The position numbers were made by a program, and so were the translations under genes. A DNA stretch of 64,000 nucleotides, taken from contig NC_083285.1 in the NCBI RefSeq assembly GCF_963506605.1, forward strand, positions 40,176,001-40,240,000, given 5' to 3'. The stretch comes from Zootoca vivipara. Its lineage: Eukaryota. The notes below the pieces were generated by a model. The model was not told the DNA's origin. It was given only the letters and a program-made list of their open reading frames with translations, and searched no databases. Of the stretch, positions 37,030-51,824 are shown one piece after another; the first letter of the stretch is position 1, and the number at the start of each line of letters is the position of its first letter.

Positions 37030-37530
37030 TATGGATAACTGCATAGGGTGCCAAATTTGGGGGGGCAGTGGCCATATCTGGAATTTTGAGGACGTTCCGT
37101 GGGTGTGTCCCAAAAAGGCTGCCATGGGGTGCGGCACAACAAAAAATGGCTACCACATCTAAAAGAGCAGAAAAAGTAGCAGGACCACAAAATTATTTAG
37201 GCATGTCTCTTCCCCCCCCCCTGCCCCCAATCAAGAAGTGGAAGGGCACCTGCAGCATGTCACCACCATGTTCAGTCACAGAGGAAAGCTCTATGCACCT
37301 CTCCTCTGTTCAGAGGTCCAGGCATGAATGAAAAGTGGCATGATGATGGTGATGCCTGGACCTCCATTGTCACCTATCAAGGATGCTAGACTGGATTACC
37401 TTTGAAGTCCCTTCCTGTTCTCTGATTCTATGATTCAGGAGGGAGGAAGCTTTCTGACTCCAAGGTCCACACTCCCTCACTGCCAACCATCCAGAGTCCA
37501 TGTGTCAGCAGTGGGCAGGGCCATACCCTC

Positions 37531-37662
37531 NNNNNNNNNNNNNNNNNNNNNNNNNNNNNNNNNNNNNNNNNNNNNNNNNNNNNNNNNNNNNNNNNNNNNN
37601 NNNNNNNNNNNNNNNNNNNNNNNNNNNNNNNNNNNNNNNNNNNNNNNNNNNNNNNNNNNNNN
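37531..37662. other. Sequence gap or mask, 132 N (intron 9)
   Basis: N-run. Confidence 0.99.
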
Positions 37663-40600
37663 AAAAATTGGTCAGGTAGATTTTGAATAATTGCCCACAT
37701 CAATGGAGTGCAATATCCAAATTGGAAATTGAAACTGCCCGAGTGCCACACAATTCCTAATCAAGATATATGTGGGTGACTGTCTAAATCTGATCCCTGG
37801 AAGAAATCCCATGCAGAGGTGTATTCTAAGAACTTTTCCAGCAGATTTCCTCAAGAAGCCAATGTTAGGCAGAATCCTGATTTGAGACCTCTTGAGTCCC
37901 AAGCTGGCTGAGTTTTCTTAGGGCATCTCCACACCATACATTTAAAGCACATCTAAAGTGCAAGGCTTCCCGGGGAACTATAGTTTACCTCTCACAGAGC
38001 TATCATTCCCCGCACCCACAAAACTACAGTTTCCAAGAGTCTTTGAGGGAAGCCATGTGCTTTAAATATACACATCAACTATTGTCACTATTTCCCTCAG
38101 ATATACCTTTACCAGATCCTAAGTGAGGAATCAAAGCCAGGAACTCAAAGCAAACTCGGAGACCTTCATTTCTTCCCTGTAAATGGTGAAACATATAACC
38201 AAAGTGCTTCCTGAGTAATGTTGGTGCATTGGTGTTCTCAAATATGAATTGTGCGTGGCACCAAGATGTTAATAGTTGTCACTGTAAATTGTAGTCAGTG
38301 ATATCACTGAGTTGGGAATAAGAAAAGAAATAATTAGCAAGGAACTCTGAGATTAAAAGAACATAAAAGGAAGCTAAAAATAGCAAGTTTAAAGAAGGTT
38401 GTTCTTCTAAAATGGCTAAAATCATAGCAGGGATCTAATTAGCAAAGAAATCTTCCATCACATTTAGTCACCTGCAGTAAAGTGCACATAGTAGGTTCAG
38501 TAACTTGACTGAACCCCCATGCAGAATCCAAATTTATGCAATATCTGCGTTAACTAGACTGTTTAGTAATTCAGAGCTACACAACCTCTTCTCTGATTGT
38601 ATTGAATCTCTGATCAGAGCAGCTTCTTGAAACCAAGTTACTACATAGGCTCTACATTGACCTTGTTGCTAGGCTACACCATCCCTTCACTGCATAAAAA
38701 TTGAAGACTTATAGAATCATAGAAATGTAGAGTTTGAAGGGATCCTGAGGATCATCTAGTCTAACTCAATGCAAAGCAGGAAGCTCAACTAAAGCATCCA
38801 AACTCCAAACTTCTCCAAGCTGGCAGAGATAAGGGATCACATAAGCCCTCATTGTTACATCTGAAGCAGCACCCCAATTCTACAAGTTGTATGCTGAATT
38901 GAAAAGTTCATTTTGAGTTATGTAACTTCATTGTAATAATTCAAAGGGCGTCTGCCATTCAATAAATTTTCTGTTGGTGATAAATTCTGGCAAGAGGTTT
39001 TTTTTATACAGATGCATTTATGGGAATAATGTCAGGAGATAAAATATGGATGCAAAATGTTAATGCTAAATTTGGCCACCAGTCTTCTCAGCACAAATAT
39101 GCACACCAGAAATATACAGCATTTTCCCAAATGCTACCAATATCTGAAGCACGTAAATCTCTCTGTGGAGGAAACATGGGAAGCCCCTCTTTGCACTATG
39201 CACCAATGTGAAAAGAGGATAAGCATAGCAGTCAGTCACACATTTCTTCTTTTGCTGTTTCCAACTGATCCAATTAATATAAATGACCAATTTGCTGCAT
39301 CTCCAATGGATTAAAATACTAGGGATAAAATACTGAGCATGAGTGAGCTCTAGTAACAAAGTATTGAGGAGAAACCACATCAGCATCAGAGATACTGGGA
39401 AATAAAGTTGTGAAGTTCCTGAGCAAAAATATATGTTACAATGATTCTCCAGTGAATTTCTATGCACAGAGCCAGCTACACAGAGTGTCAGAGTCTCAAT
39501 GCATTGACACCTGTATGTTAGCCCAGCAGAGAAAGTAGCAGATGTGAGGGGATTTTAAATGGACAAACAACATGGTAGAAAATAATTAACATCTCTGCTC
39601 CCTGGCCGTGGTCCTGATCAAATTTGCACATGACTGGCTGCTTTTAAAAGAGACAGGACACCTGATTTTGGACCACCAATGTCTCGTTTAATCTGGCCCT
39701 TAGGGAAGGGGGTTAAACAAAAGCATGGAAGACAGGTCTATCAACAGCTGTTAACTACGATAGTTAAATGGACTCTCCAGGCTCAGAGACAGAGACAGTG
39801 TGTCTCTGAATATCAGGTATGAGCAAAAGAAAATAATGCATGTTGACAGTTCTAGTTACACAGGCTTCCTAGAAGCTTGCTGGACTAGGTGGACTCTTGG
39901 TCTGACCTAGAAGGGCTCTTCTTATTTAACTCAGTGGTTGAGCACAATCCCTGGCATCTCCAGGCAGAAAATCCCGTAGCTAAGACCCTGGAGAGCCACA
40001 ACTAGTCAACATAAACAATACTGAGCTAAATGGACCAATAGTCTGACTCAGGATAATGGCGCCTCACATTTTCCTATTTTCTTATGGGAAGCATCAAAGG
40101 GAACAAGAGCAGAAATATAATGTCCAAAACCCATCATGTAATATTGCAGCGAGATAAGAGGAAAAGACAGCACAGAATTACTGTTAGCCGCACCTTGAAA
40201 CTGTAATCTTTTAAATCATGTGCTGATTATTTCTTTCCATCTTGCCTCAAGTGAAGCCTATTGGGAGATTTTCACACATGCCCCTCTTCCAGCATGAGTG
40301 AAATCCAAGCCCAAAAGTCAGCATGCCTATTCTCTGCGTGTCTTTAGGCTTTATCTGCTTAAGGTACTGAGAAAAAACACATTTCTACTCCCATTAATGC
40401 TGAAGAGTCCCATTACGAGTTTTTACCACCATTAATCCCTGCAGCGTTGAGGAAGAGAGAGGATCCTATGAGGAATGAGTCAAAGCTAAAGCACATCACA
40501 GTCATACCAGTTTTTTAAGCCGTTCCACTTTGAGCTGAGATTTAAGGGGGGGGGAGGAAAGACAAAAAATATATCAAACGTTGGTGTATTTAAACATTCA

Positions 40601-41926
40601 TAACTTTAAAACTAACCAGTCTATTTTCTTCCAACAAAGAAGCTTCTATCGAAGGGCACAAGCAACTTAAAAAGGCCAAATCTGAAAACTCAGTGGTACC
40701 ATCTTGATTTGCAACTCTTTGTCCACAGACCTCATACATCACTTCTATTCTTCCTACTTCCTAACGGTAACAGCAGCCCTTAAACAGTGTGTAAAATTGA
40801 AGCATCCAGCTAATGTGATAAGTATTCTATGAAGAATTCAGATCAGGGGTAGGAAACCTGTTGCTCTCCAGATGTTGTTAGACTCTAACCCCCCCCCCCC
40901 AGTCCCATCTAACATGGTTAATGGTGAGTGATGATGGCAGAACCCTCTGAAGAGTCGCAGGTTCCCCACCCATGTGCTAGGTGAGGTCTCTTCCTGTAAC
41001 AAGTGTTCTATAGCTTAAGAACTGGAAAGTGCTGCCTGGCACCTCAATCCTGAATATATTTACTCAAAAGCAGGCCTAATTGATTTGAAAGGAGCTTAGT
41101 TTCACAGAAAGTATGCTTAGGATCCCAGTCTATAACAATGAGGGTGTACTTATCTTTAAGTAAAATCCTACTGATTTTTAAACTAGGCTGTTCAAGTGTT
41201 TAAAGGTAAGGATGTGTTTTGCTAGATTATGTTTCATATCCAAGGGCCTAGCCGAATAATAAGATTTATGTGCCTTGGATTTTAAGATTAAAATGTTGAA
41301 AAGAATAACACTAAAAACCAGTAACATGGACAAATCAACTGTACCAAAAAGCATAGAATCATAGAAATAAACTGCAGTCCTATTTCTATTGTGAAAAATA
41401 ACCCATTTACAGTATTTCAAATAAGTTCAGCATCCTCTATGAATGTATACATTCAGAGATATGAACAACACCTGCCTGTTACGGTATCACCAATTTGTCC
41501 TTTAACCTTTGGCCCGTTCCTTTGATCTTAAAGAATAAGGAACTGGGAAATGAATATTTAGGGGAACAATTATCTGAAGGGGGCATGTCTACATGGGAAT
41601 TGGTTTGGGGGGATCTGTTAGAGAAAGAAAATAGGTTCAATAAAAATGAGCCATAAGAATGATGAAACTGGGTTTAGCTATGGCATCAGAACATAGGAAG
41701 ATACCTGCTAGGCTCACAGAAAATCCCAACTAATTCTACATTCTGTTTCAGCATAAGCAAGATGTGAAGGTGAGACCAACACTGCCTTTTTCGTTCTCAA
41801 TAACCATTGGCTATTCAGAGGCATACTGCCCCATCACTATTCACTATCACAGGCAAAAGCTTCTGATTAACCTACCCCCTATAATTTGTTTAATTGTTTC
41901 AAAAGCAACAGAGCTAATGGCCTCCA

Positions 41927-43003
41927 TTTGGCCTCGGAGTTCAAAATGAAGCAGGGTAAGGGCTAATAGAGTTCTGTCAAGAGAGCAAGCTGGTCATCAC
42001 AAACACTCTTTTCCAACAACACAAGAGACGACTCTACACATGGATATCACCAAATGGGCAGCATCGAAATCAGATTGATTATATTCTCTGCAGCCAAAGA
42101 TGGAGAAGCTCTATACAGTCAGCAAAAACAAGACCTGGACCTGACTGTAACTCAGATCATCAGCTTCTTATAGCAAAATTCCAGCTTAAACTGAAGAAAG
42201 TAGGAAAAAACACTGGGCCAGTAAGATACAATCTAAATCAAATCCCTTATGAATACACAGTGGAAGGGAGGAACAGGGTTAAGGATTTAGATCTGGTGGA
42301 CAGAGTGCCTGAAGAACTATGGATGGAGGCTCGTAACATTATACAGGAGGCAGCAACGAAAACCATCCCAAGGAAAAGGAAATGCAAGAAAGCAAAATGG
42401 TTGTCCTACGAGGCCTTACAAATAACGGAGGAGAGGAGGCAAGCAAAATGCAAGGGAGATAGGGAAAGATACAGGAAACTGAATGCAGATTTCCAAAAAA
42501 TAGCAAGGAGAGACAAGAGGGTCTCTTAAATGAGCAATGCAAAGAAATAGAGGAAAACAATAGAATGGGGAAAACCAGAGATCTGTTCAAGAAAATTGGA
42601 GATATGAAAGGAACATTTCGTACAAAGATTACGATAATAAAGGACAAAAGTGGCAAGGACCTAACAGAAGCAGAAGACATCAAGAAGAGGTGGCAATAAT
42701 ACACAGAGGAATTATACCAGAAAGATATGGAGGTCTTGTACACCCCAGGTAGTGTGGTTGCTGACCTTGAGCCACACATCTTGGAGAGTGAAGTCAAATG
42801 GGCCTTAGAAAGCACTGCTAATAACAAGGCCAGTGGAAGTGATGATATTCCAGCTGAACTATTTAAAATTTTAAAAGATGATGCTGTTAAGGTGCTACAC
42901 CCAGCAAGTTTGGAAAACTCAGCAATGGCCAGAGCATTGGAGAAGATCGGTCTACATCCCAATTCCAAAGAAGGGCAGAGCCAAAGAATGCTCCAACTAC
43001 CGC
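41927..43003 (+). mobile_element. RTE-BovB LINE internal fragment (end of APE endonuclease to just before RT), pseudogenised
   Basis: FGLGVQNEAG, NTLFQQHKRRLYTWISP..HRNQIDYILCSQRWRSSIQSAKTRPG, DLEPHILESEVKWAL, KASGSDDIPAELFKILKDDAVKVLH; contains stops and frameshifts. Confidence 0.95.
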
Positions 43004-44463
43004 TTTCATTAAAAAAGAAGACATTTCTAGCCCTTCTAATAAGAAATTTATCAATCATAACATGCAGGTAACCTTTCTGAATAATTTCTTTCAAATGCCA
43101 GACTGGCTGTTCCTGCCTCTCAATGGTTTTAGCCAATAAGTGAGGTCAGAGCTGTGACTTGTTTGGACCCCAGGCAATAGGAATCCATGCAGTCCTAACA
43201 GGGATGGATTTATAATGGTACAATTGCAGCAATTGCACCAGGGCTCATGGCAGCAGACGCCCCAAACACTGAGTTTGTTTTTTTTAAAACAGTATGTCTT
43301 CAGCCCTTCTAGAAATAAAGTTACAAAGTGTAATTTGCAGGCAGCCTTCAAAGCTGTGGGTTGCCATCCTGATGCAAGCAGAGGGACAACTATAATCTAT
43401 CTTCAAGCTTTGCAGCATGGAGCATTTGCTGGAGTTGGAAGAACCCACCGACTTCCAACTCCCATTGGCTGATACTAACTCCTCCCTTACTTTCTGGAAG
43501 GATTTGCCTGGGCGGCTGCTGTGGGACAAAATGAGAGGAGAGGAGTGATAGTTGCTACACCTCTGGTGTTGGGGGTGGGGGAAAGTGCTGAGACCATTTC
43601 ACCTCCTCTTCTTTGGCTGCCCAGGGAAGGACTTTCTGAAATGATGGGGAGCTAAGAAGTGTGGATGCAACACATAAATAAAAAAATTGTTAAACTCCCT
43701 CTTCCAAATCAGGCAGATCTTTTTGTAATGAGAAAAGACAACAGGAATTTGAGCCACAGAACCCTTACATTACATGAAGTTTGGCCAGCCATCAAAGAAC
43801 CTGAAATCCAGAATACACCTTAAGGTAAAGAATAGTCCATGGTTTGGTACAAATTGCATTTAATATCTCAAAAGGGAGGGGGAGGGACATAGGAAGAAAG
43901 GCCTTTCCCCCCAGGATTTGAATCAACCAACAATAATGCTGTGTTTCTTATATATGCTAATTCATCCATCAGCAACCACTGAAGACTCATCATCTTTGAT
44001 GGTTTGTGAGGTCAAAATGGGACAGAATGAATAATAAAAAAGGCACTGAGAAGGTCACAAATATTATGGACAACTGTCTTGAGGACATCTAATCTAGGAG
44101 ACTGCAGTGTCACTCTTGCAGCATATCAGACAAGCCTGGTTTTAACAAAGTATGATAAGATAATATTGAACTAATAAATATTATTATTGTTGCTAAAAAA
44201 TAAACCAATGCACTGATAAACTAGAGCTTACAACACTATATTCATCAATAGCTATGAACCATAAGCACAAGGAGTCCACCTCTGTGACTACAAGCCAGTG
44301 ACCTCTATCTAATGCACAGCCCAGCCTACCATAAAACATCTGCATCTATAATTCACACAATTGCAAAAAATAAATAAATCAGGAAATGAGAGCAAGGAAG
44401 AAAAAAAAATTAAGAAAATGGGCGAGGGAAGATTTCCTTTCAGGGTTGCATCCCCATCCCTCA

Positions 44464-44880
44464 CATAGGTGCCAAGTTCCGGATTGAAAAATCCAGGATC
44501 AGCAGCGCCGCGGCACCGGAAGTCGCTTCTACACACTTCCAGACATGTATAGAAGCGACTTCCTATGCTGCTGTGCCCATTTAAAAAATGTCCGCAGCAC
44601 CAGAAGTCACTTCTACACATGTCCGGAAGTGCATAGAAGCGAGTTCTGACGCTGCGGACATTTTGGAAATGGGCACAGCAGCATCGGAAGTCACTTCTAC
44701 GCATGTCCGGAAGTGCATAGAAGTACCTTCCAGTGCCGGCGCAGCACCAGAAGAACATGGCTGCTGGCAGGAGCTCCGTAATCCGGGGGAATACGGGGTA
44801 TTTTGCCATTCGGGACACCTGCGGGAAACGGTAAGAAAAATGGGGGTTTCCCGGGGAAAACGGGATACTTGGCAGCTATG
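44464..44880. mobile_element. hAT MITE, 417 bp, with three internal palindromic units of about 84 bp
   Basis: TIR cataggtgccaagt / acttggcagctatg; perfect 8-bp TSD atccctca. Confidence 0.93.
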
Positions 44881-45764
44881 ATCCCTCATTCACCAATAAC
44901 AGCACAGCCCCAAATTATCAACTACATAGTAACTACATTAACTTTAATGAGGGTATTTTTTCTCTCCAGCCTAAGTACTTCCAAATATAGCTATTTAGCT
45001 GATATTCTTCCATTTTCTGAAGCTTCATGCTAAAATATATAACCTATTGCTGCAATCCTGTGCACACTTATTTGGCAGTAAAGCCAATTGAATATAGCGG
45101 GCTTTCCATATAACTATGCATAGGAGTGGGCTATTGTGTATGGGGTGTGTGCGTGCGTGCGCGTGTAAATCCTATTGCTGCCATGGACTTAAGCATATCA
45201 GTGTCTGTTCCTCCTCTTTACAGGGAAGATAATAATAACCTCTCAGAGCATTGCTGTGCAGCACTTCTCAGCTTGCGAGAAATGCCTATAGAAACTGGAA
45301 AGCAGGAGAACAAAATCAGCCAAAGACAAAATGTTGTATTTGTCATACTTGCCCCAAGCAGAGTTCAAGTAGATTAAAGGGTAGCAGAAGGAATGGGAGG
45401 CAGAGCACTAGTTTATTAGTTCACAGTTGCTAAGAAGAGAGCAGGCACATTCTGTTTCTTTGCCCAGTCAAGATATTTACAAAATCTGGGTTTGTCAGGG
45501 AGGTCTTTTCAGTTCTCCTGGCAACTGCTCATACAGTTATAGGATGCCAACACATAGGGATGCTCACTTTATACTTTGAGAAACTTGGGTTTAGATATTC
45601 ACAAATCAATTAAAAAAGCACACACACAAAAACAGAATTAAAAAGTTTTCTTATTTTTTGAATTATCATGTTATTTATTGCTAACATCAAATTATGGCTG
45701 CATTATTGCTAAACAAGCTCAGGACGCACTGAATTAAAATCAGAGAAGAAGCAAAAGGATTTCA

Positions 45765-46067
<303 letters not shown>

Positions 46068-46244
46068 TCAGACTGGCAAAGTCCGACATTCCAAGTAGTT
46101 AGTACAAAATCCTGACCCTTTTCTCTTACATATCACTTTGTCTGATTGCCCAAACATAGGTTGGTAAATTGGAAGAATTCCATAAATTTGCACACTTTTC
46201 TTCCTCTCTTTCTCTGTTCTTCCTGGTTAATATCAACTAATTTA

Positions 46245-46325
46245 CAGCAGAATTCTAACCATGTCTGCTCAGAACTAAGCCCCAACAGGACCTACTCCCA
46301 GGTAAGTGTCCATAGAATTGCAGTG
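46245..46325. mobile_element. Palindromic mini-repeat of about 80 bp (squamate MITE-like)
   Basis: gcagaattcta...tagaattgcag; similar decayed copies near 35150-35238, 41045-41126 and 45049-45131. Confidence 0.5.
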
Positions 46326-49300
46326 TTAAATCTGAAGAGAAAGAAAGGAAAAATTATGCAGCTGGAGGAAGTTGGGAGATGGCACAACCTTGTTGGATGT
46401 TCCCAGTTATCAAAGCATGGTTTGGCAGTATGATGCGTCAGTGGTAAGCTTTAGGTTTCATGGCAGAGCCAATCAGTTATCAGCCAATAGGCTTTCCAGT
46501 CCCTCATGTAATTGAAGAAAGCAGTCGTGTTTGGGGAGAGCCTGACTAGTGTTCTGGGTGAGGGAACTCCTATTTACTACTCAAAACAAAACAAAACAAA
46601 AAGGGTGTGCTCTCCAACCCTAGAAAGGGAAAGCACATCAAAGATGTGTCTTTTAAGGGCTACATGAGCAAAAGCACAACTCTAAAAGCTGAACTTTAAA
46701 AAGTATAGAAAATTGTGTTAACATAGTAAATGAGTGAGGGTGGGGTGTATTGCTAATCTCTATTTGTTGTGACACTGACATTTAGGTCAGTACAATGGAA
46801 TTCCAGCGGCCACATTCTGCACATTATTTATGGTAACAAAGGATAACAATTTGCATTTCCCATCCACAGAATGCTGTAGGTGGAACGCAGGGGAAATGTG
46901 ACAGCCCTGCAGCAGAAAAATGTCTTAAATAAATATGCCTGGATCCCACAAAATAAATGAGTAAAAGGACCCTAATGTTCTGTGGGAAACCAGGAAACAA
47001 ATCTACCCTTGGCTGCTCAGCTCAGTGGGTGACCTTGGGCAACTCACCTAGTCATCATCTTCTGGTTGCTGTGAGGCTGAAAGGTCATTTTGAGTACCTC
47101 AGATGAAGGGTGAGGTATAACAAAATGTAATCTGCCTTAACAATACATGCATGCATTTTTGTTTATCCAAACGTTATCGTAAATAGAGTCACTGAAGCAA
47201 CTAATTCCGCAAGCCACTCCTGCAACCTAAACTGCAACAGGGAGGAATGGATACACGTGCCTCCCCAAAAGATGAGAGTATGCAGGGCTGCTCTCTGAGT
47301 CTTGGCATACTTATGTATGACTTGCAAACAGAGGCACACATAAATCTTTTTCACATCACGAGTTTCAGACATTCAGGAGCACTCCCATGAGTAGAACAGA
47401 AATTTCATGATGCCTCTAGCTCTATAACAAATTGTGGCATTTGGTATCATAGCTATTGTCGTTCTGTTAAGTAAGCGTGAGCACAGGTTTTAAAAAGTTC
47501 TTTAAGTCCTACAAGGTCACTGTGATCTAAAGAACTAGAAACATCCATGCAATGAAGTACAAGGCCAAGAAAGTTCCTTCACACAGCTGCTCTTTTCCCA
47601 TCTGCATTTTAATGGAACTAACTCAAACCAAGTTCACAGAGTCTATTAGTTATGCTTATTAATGCAGGCTTATGTGCCACAACTCCAGCTGACTTTCAAT
47701 AAGAATTGAATGAATGTATCTGATGGCAAATCTGGCTCCTACATATGCAATGCAGATGAGATAAGTTATTATGAGAAACATTCATTTTGCATTTTTTTTG
47801 GCTTTTTGAATACTTAACAGTGAAGCATTTCATCAACATTTATTTTTGCATGCAAATTAATTTATCTCTGTATTGATGTTTATCATTTGCATTTTTAAAA
47901 TTTGAGGAAGCGAGTAAGGAACTTTTAAAGGAAACTTTTAAAGGGAAAATGGATAAATAAAATAAAACTTTAAACTAGCTCTACTGCATAATTGCAAAGA
48001 AACATTGTTGAAGATTGCATATTTTCAGTTTTGCATGGTCTATATTTGTTCCTTCTTCTTCCAGAATCACCACAGATTTATAAAGCAAGAGTACCTTTTC
48101 AGGATACCTTAAGAGTTAAGATATGACTACCATCCTCAATGACTACATAGAAGTAAGTCCCATTGAGTTGCATGGGCTAATATCATGTGGACTACGCAAA
48201 CAGCTGCAAACACACAGTGAACTCTGTGTAGCATTTGGTATCCAGAAAACACACACATGAACATATCCATATTGGCCTTGTGCAATGCGTGTTTCTCATA
48301 ACAATGTATGTCATCATTTCACATATAGAATCCAAATAATTCATTCAAGCTATTCACCATTCACATCTGTTCTGCTACCTGTACTAAAAATATGTGCATG
48401 GTGTGTATACAGGAATTTCAGCATGAGCATCTTCATGAATATTCACAACTCTGCATACATCTCCTTAGATATGTGCATTGGTCCATGTATGCTGTCCACA
48501 GCTTGTGGACAACAGCTCCCTTTGGCATGACTATACATAAAGCTCTGACTAAATTTCCATTTCAAAATCTCTTTTCTTCAGGGCTCAGAAACTTGGTGGC
48601 ATAGATACGTTCAGGGCAAATTTGAGAAGCGGGTAAAAAGATTTTCACACAAATATCTCAGTTCAAGCATCTTCATATTTTCAGCCTGTGGGTGAACCAG
48701 AAGGTCTTACATAGGGGGCCATTTCACAGCTCAACGAAGCCAAGGGAATATCTTACCAGCATCCAAGTGCTTTCATTTATTTTCTGTATTCTGCCTTTGC
48801 CCTTCACTCATAAATCAACTCTCTAATCAGACAGCTTCGCACCTTTTGCTCCCTGTCCCCCGCATCTACTCCATCTACATCCCCCACCCACCTGAGGATA
48901 TGAAATTAATGGTTAATATGTCTCAAATTTATGGAGGCAGTAGAGTATGACAGTGGAGATGGTTTGTCGTTTCTGCTGCGTCAAGCACCCCAGATTACTG
49001 TAACTTCCTTATCCCTGTCACACAATCTAGATGTGAATTAATTTGCAAGGGGTTAATGTGCAGAGGTTCTCCATTAGGCACTTTGGGTGAATCTCTGAAA
49101 GGAAATAATTCCATTAATGCAATTAGTGTAATGAGAGATAGATGAATGTAACATTACATAGCTTTGTAATATCATCATCATCATTGTCGTCATGTAAATT
49201 TCCAGTTATACAGCCAAGGCAAGCAGAACCAAAGTAGGAAAAGCAGTCAAGGGTTGCAAATTTATTACGTTAAAATTCATATGCATGACAAAATTTGCAA

Positions 49301-49675
49301 AAATTTGCACATTTGCTGGGTACCAATTCAAATGTGAACAGTTGTCCAAGGGAATATATATTTCAGTTTAACAAGGTAGCATGTTTACTTTGGAGAAATT
49401 ATGAGCAAGCACACATAGGGTCAGGCAGATAATTTCAGGTCAGCTGGAAATTAGTGGCTCTGTATTGTGAGCCATGCAAATGCCCAATCATCCAAAGAGA
49501 GCCATTTAAATTTTCTGCTGTTTGTGAACCTATTGATACAACTTCTTTCCTTGTTTACCCAGAGAAAATACAAAATCTGTAAATGGTTGACATATATGCA
49601 GGAGGAGGGTAAAATGAAGCCAAGCTAAACAAGCAAGACCATAATCGTTGCATGTTGAGAGATATGTCTCCTTAC

Positions 49676-49801
49676 CTCTGCCATCAGCCAGACACCGGTT
49701 GTATCCCACAGGGCTGAAGTACTCAAAGACAAAGACAGCCACCGCAGAGATTATAAGCAGCATTACAAACATCATCACCCATACATCAGCACTGAATGGC
49801 T
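49676..49801 (-). CDS. GRIN2B: GluN2B exon 8 equivalent (M1), 126 nt
   Basis: ctctttag|AGCCA ... AGAG|gtaagg; [42 protein letters not shown]. Confidence 0.98.
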
Positions 49802-50587
49802 CTAAAGAGAAAAAGACAGAAAATTTGTAGGTACCTTTCCATCCTACCCCAAAATACAAGTCAGGCCCATCAATGGAAGCCAAGTGCAAGGACATCTACT
49901 TATGAAAAGGGCCTTTTCCCCTCGTCTCCTCACTCTCCCCCCTAAGGAGGAGAGCTGGTATTGTTCCATCTGGCAAGCAGAAATGCTTATGAGGGTGGAA
50001 AGATTGGAATATCCCATCATTAAATTCCACCCAGAACTGATTTGGTTACTGTTTCTTTACAGTTAGTGTTATTCTAAATGGCAGTTGCTTTCAGGTACAG
50101 ACCTTACACAGGAGTGAGTTTTTGCCAGCACTTTATGGTACATAATGAAGGTGCCAGGTGAGCTTCCCTGGAGAGAGCATTCCACAAGGAAGAAACTACT
50201 GCAGAAAAGGCCAGTTCTTGTATTGCCACCCTCCAGACCTCACACGAAGAAGGGCCTCAGGCCCTTCTTGCAGGCACTGGGTAGGTTAGTAGGAGGAGAG
50301 GTGGTAATATGCAATTGCAGCACTTTGTTATTCACTCTGCTTTGACTCTCAGCCAGGTTTAACCCAGGCTCTGGAACTCTCTGCCCCAGAAAGCCAGCTT
50401 AGTCCTTTCCCTTTCTGTAGATTGGCACAGAGTGTCATATTGATGTAAATCCTCAGAATGGAAATGCCCTAGCCTGCTAGGAATTTATATCTGGCTTTTT
50501 TGTTTTCTCTGCTGCTATTGTGATTTCATTTGATTTTTAAGTTTTATGGTGTTTTGAGGGCTTTGTACACACAAAAAAGGCTTATAA

Positions 50588-51188
50588 GCGGACTGTCTCA
50601 CCAGAGTGATGCATGCTCTAGTTATCTCCTGCTTGGACTACAGCAATGCGCTCTATGTGGGGCTACCTTTGAAGGTGACCCGGAAACTAGAACTAATCCA
50701 GAATGCGACAGCTAGACTGGTGACTGGGAGCGGCCGCCAAGACCATATAACACCGGTCCTGAAAGACCTACATTGGCTCCCAGTACATTTCCGAGCGCAA
50801 TTCAAAGTGTTGGTGCTGACCTTTGAAGCCCTAAATGGCCTTGGCCCAGTATACCTGAAGGAGCATCTCCACCCCCATCATTCTGCCCAGACACTGAGGT
50901 CCAGCGCCAAGGGCCTTCTGGTGGTTCCCTCACTGCGAGAAGCAAAGCTACAGGGAACCAGGCAGAGGGCGTTCTCGGTAGTGGCACCCGCCCTGTGGAA
51001 TGCCCTCCCACCAGATGTTAAAGAGATAAACAACTACCTGACATTTAGAAAACATCTGAAGGCAGCCCTGTTTAGGGAAGTTTTTAATGTGTGACATTTT
51101 AATGTATTTTAACTTTGGTGGAAGCCGCCCAGAGTGGCTGGGGAAACCCAGCCGGATGGGCGGGGTACAAATAAATTATTATTATTAA
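50588..51188 (+). mobile_element. 5'-truncated young L2-clade LINE 3' end
   Basis: Open 162-aa frame LDYSNALYVGLP...HITPVLKDLHWLPV...KAALFREVFNV, then 3' UTR and (ATT)n tail; same family as 28460-29797 but inverted. Confidence 0.95.
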
Positions 51189-51629
51189 CTTCAAAAAAGA
51201 AAACAAGAAAGAGACTCTGCCTTCACTTCTTTGGATATAAGGCAAAGTGGTAGGAAAAGCTTATTCTGAATGTCTGCATGTCATACTGCTGGGATGCCAA
51301 ATGATTGTCATAGGTCAACTCCATGCTTTGGGAAGCAAAGATCAGGGGAAAGCTGAAGAAATGTATTTGAACATAATTAAACTTCTAGTTCTGGAACCTG
51401 GGACCAATATTTCTGAAGTTGTTGTTAGTATTCTCATTTTCACATCTAGAACCTGGTTCTGAAATCTAGTTCAGGATTGAACTTCAGAGTGTATAAAGTT
51501 TCTTACAAGCAGTGTATGTGTGCTGTTTGTTTTTTAAATTAGAAAAAGAACAGCAAACATTCTGGTTGTTTTTCTTAAATATTTCCCCCTGCACTTTGCC
51601 TCAATATATAGATATAGATATATTTTTTA

Positions 51630-51824
<195 letters not shown>

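Noticed and set aside
42339-43136. 265-aa minus-strand ORF
   Set aside because: Antisense shadow of the BovB fragment; no independent coding signal.
44510-44760. Palindromic repeats with spacer-like gaps, and 97-169 aa ORFs
   Set aside because: Internal repeats of a TIR/TSD-bounded MITE; the ORFs are by-products of the repeat.
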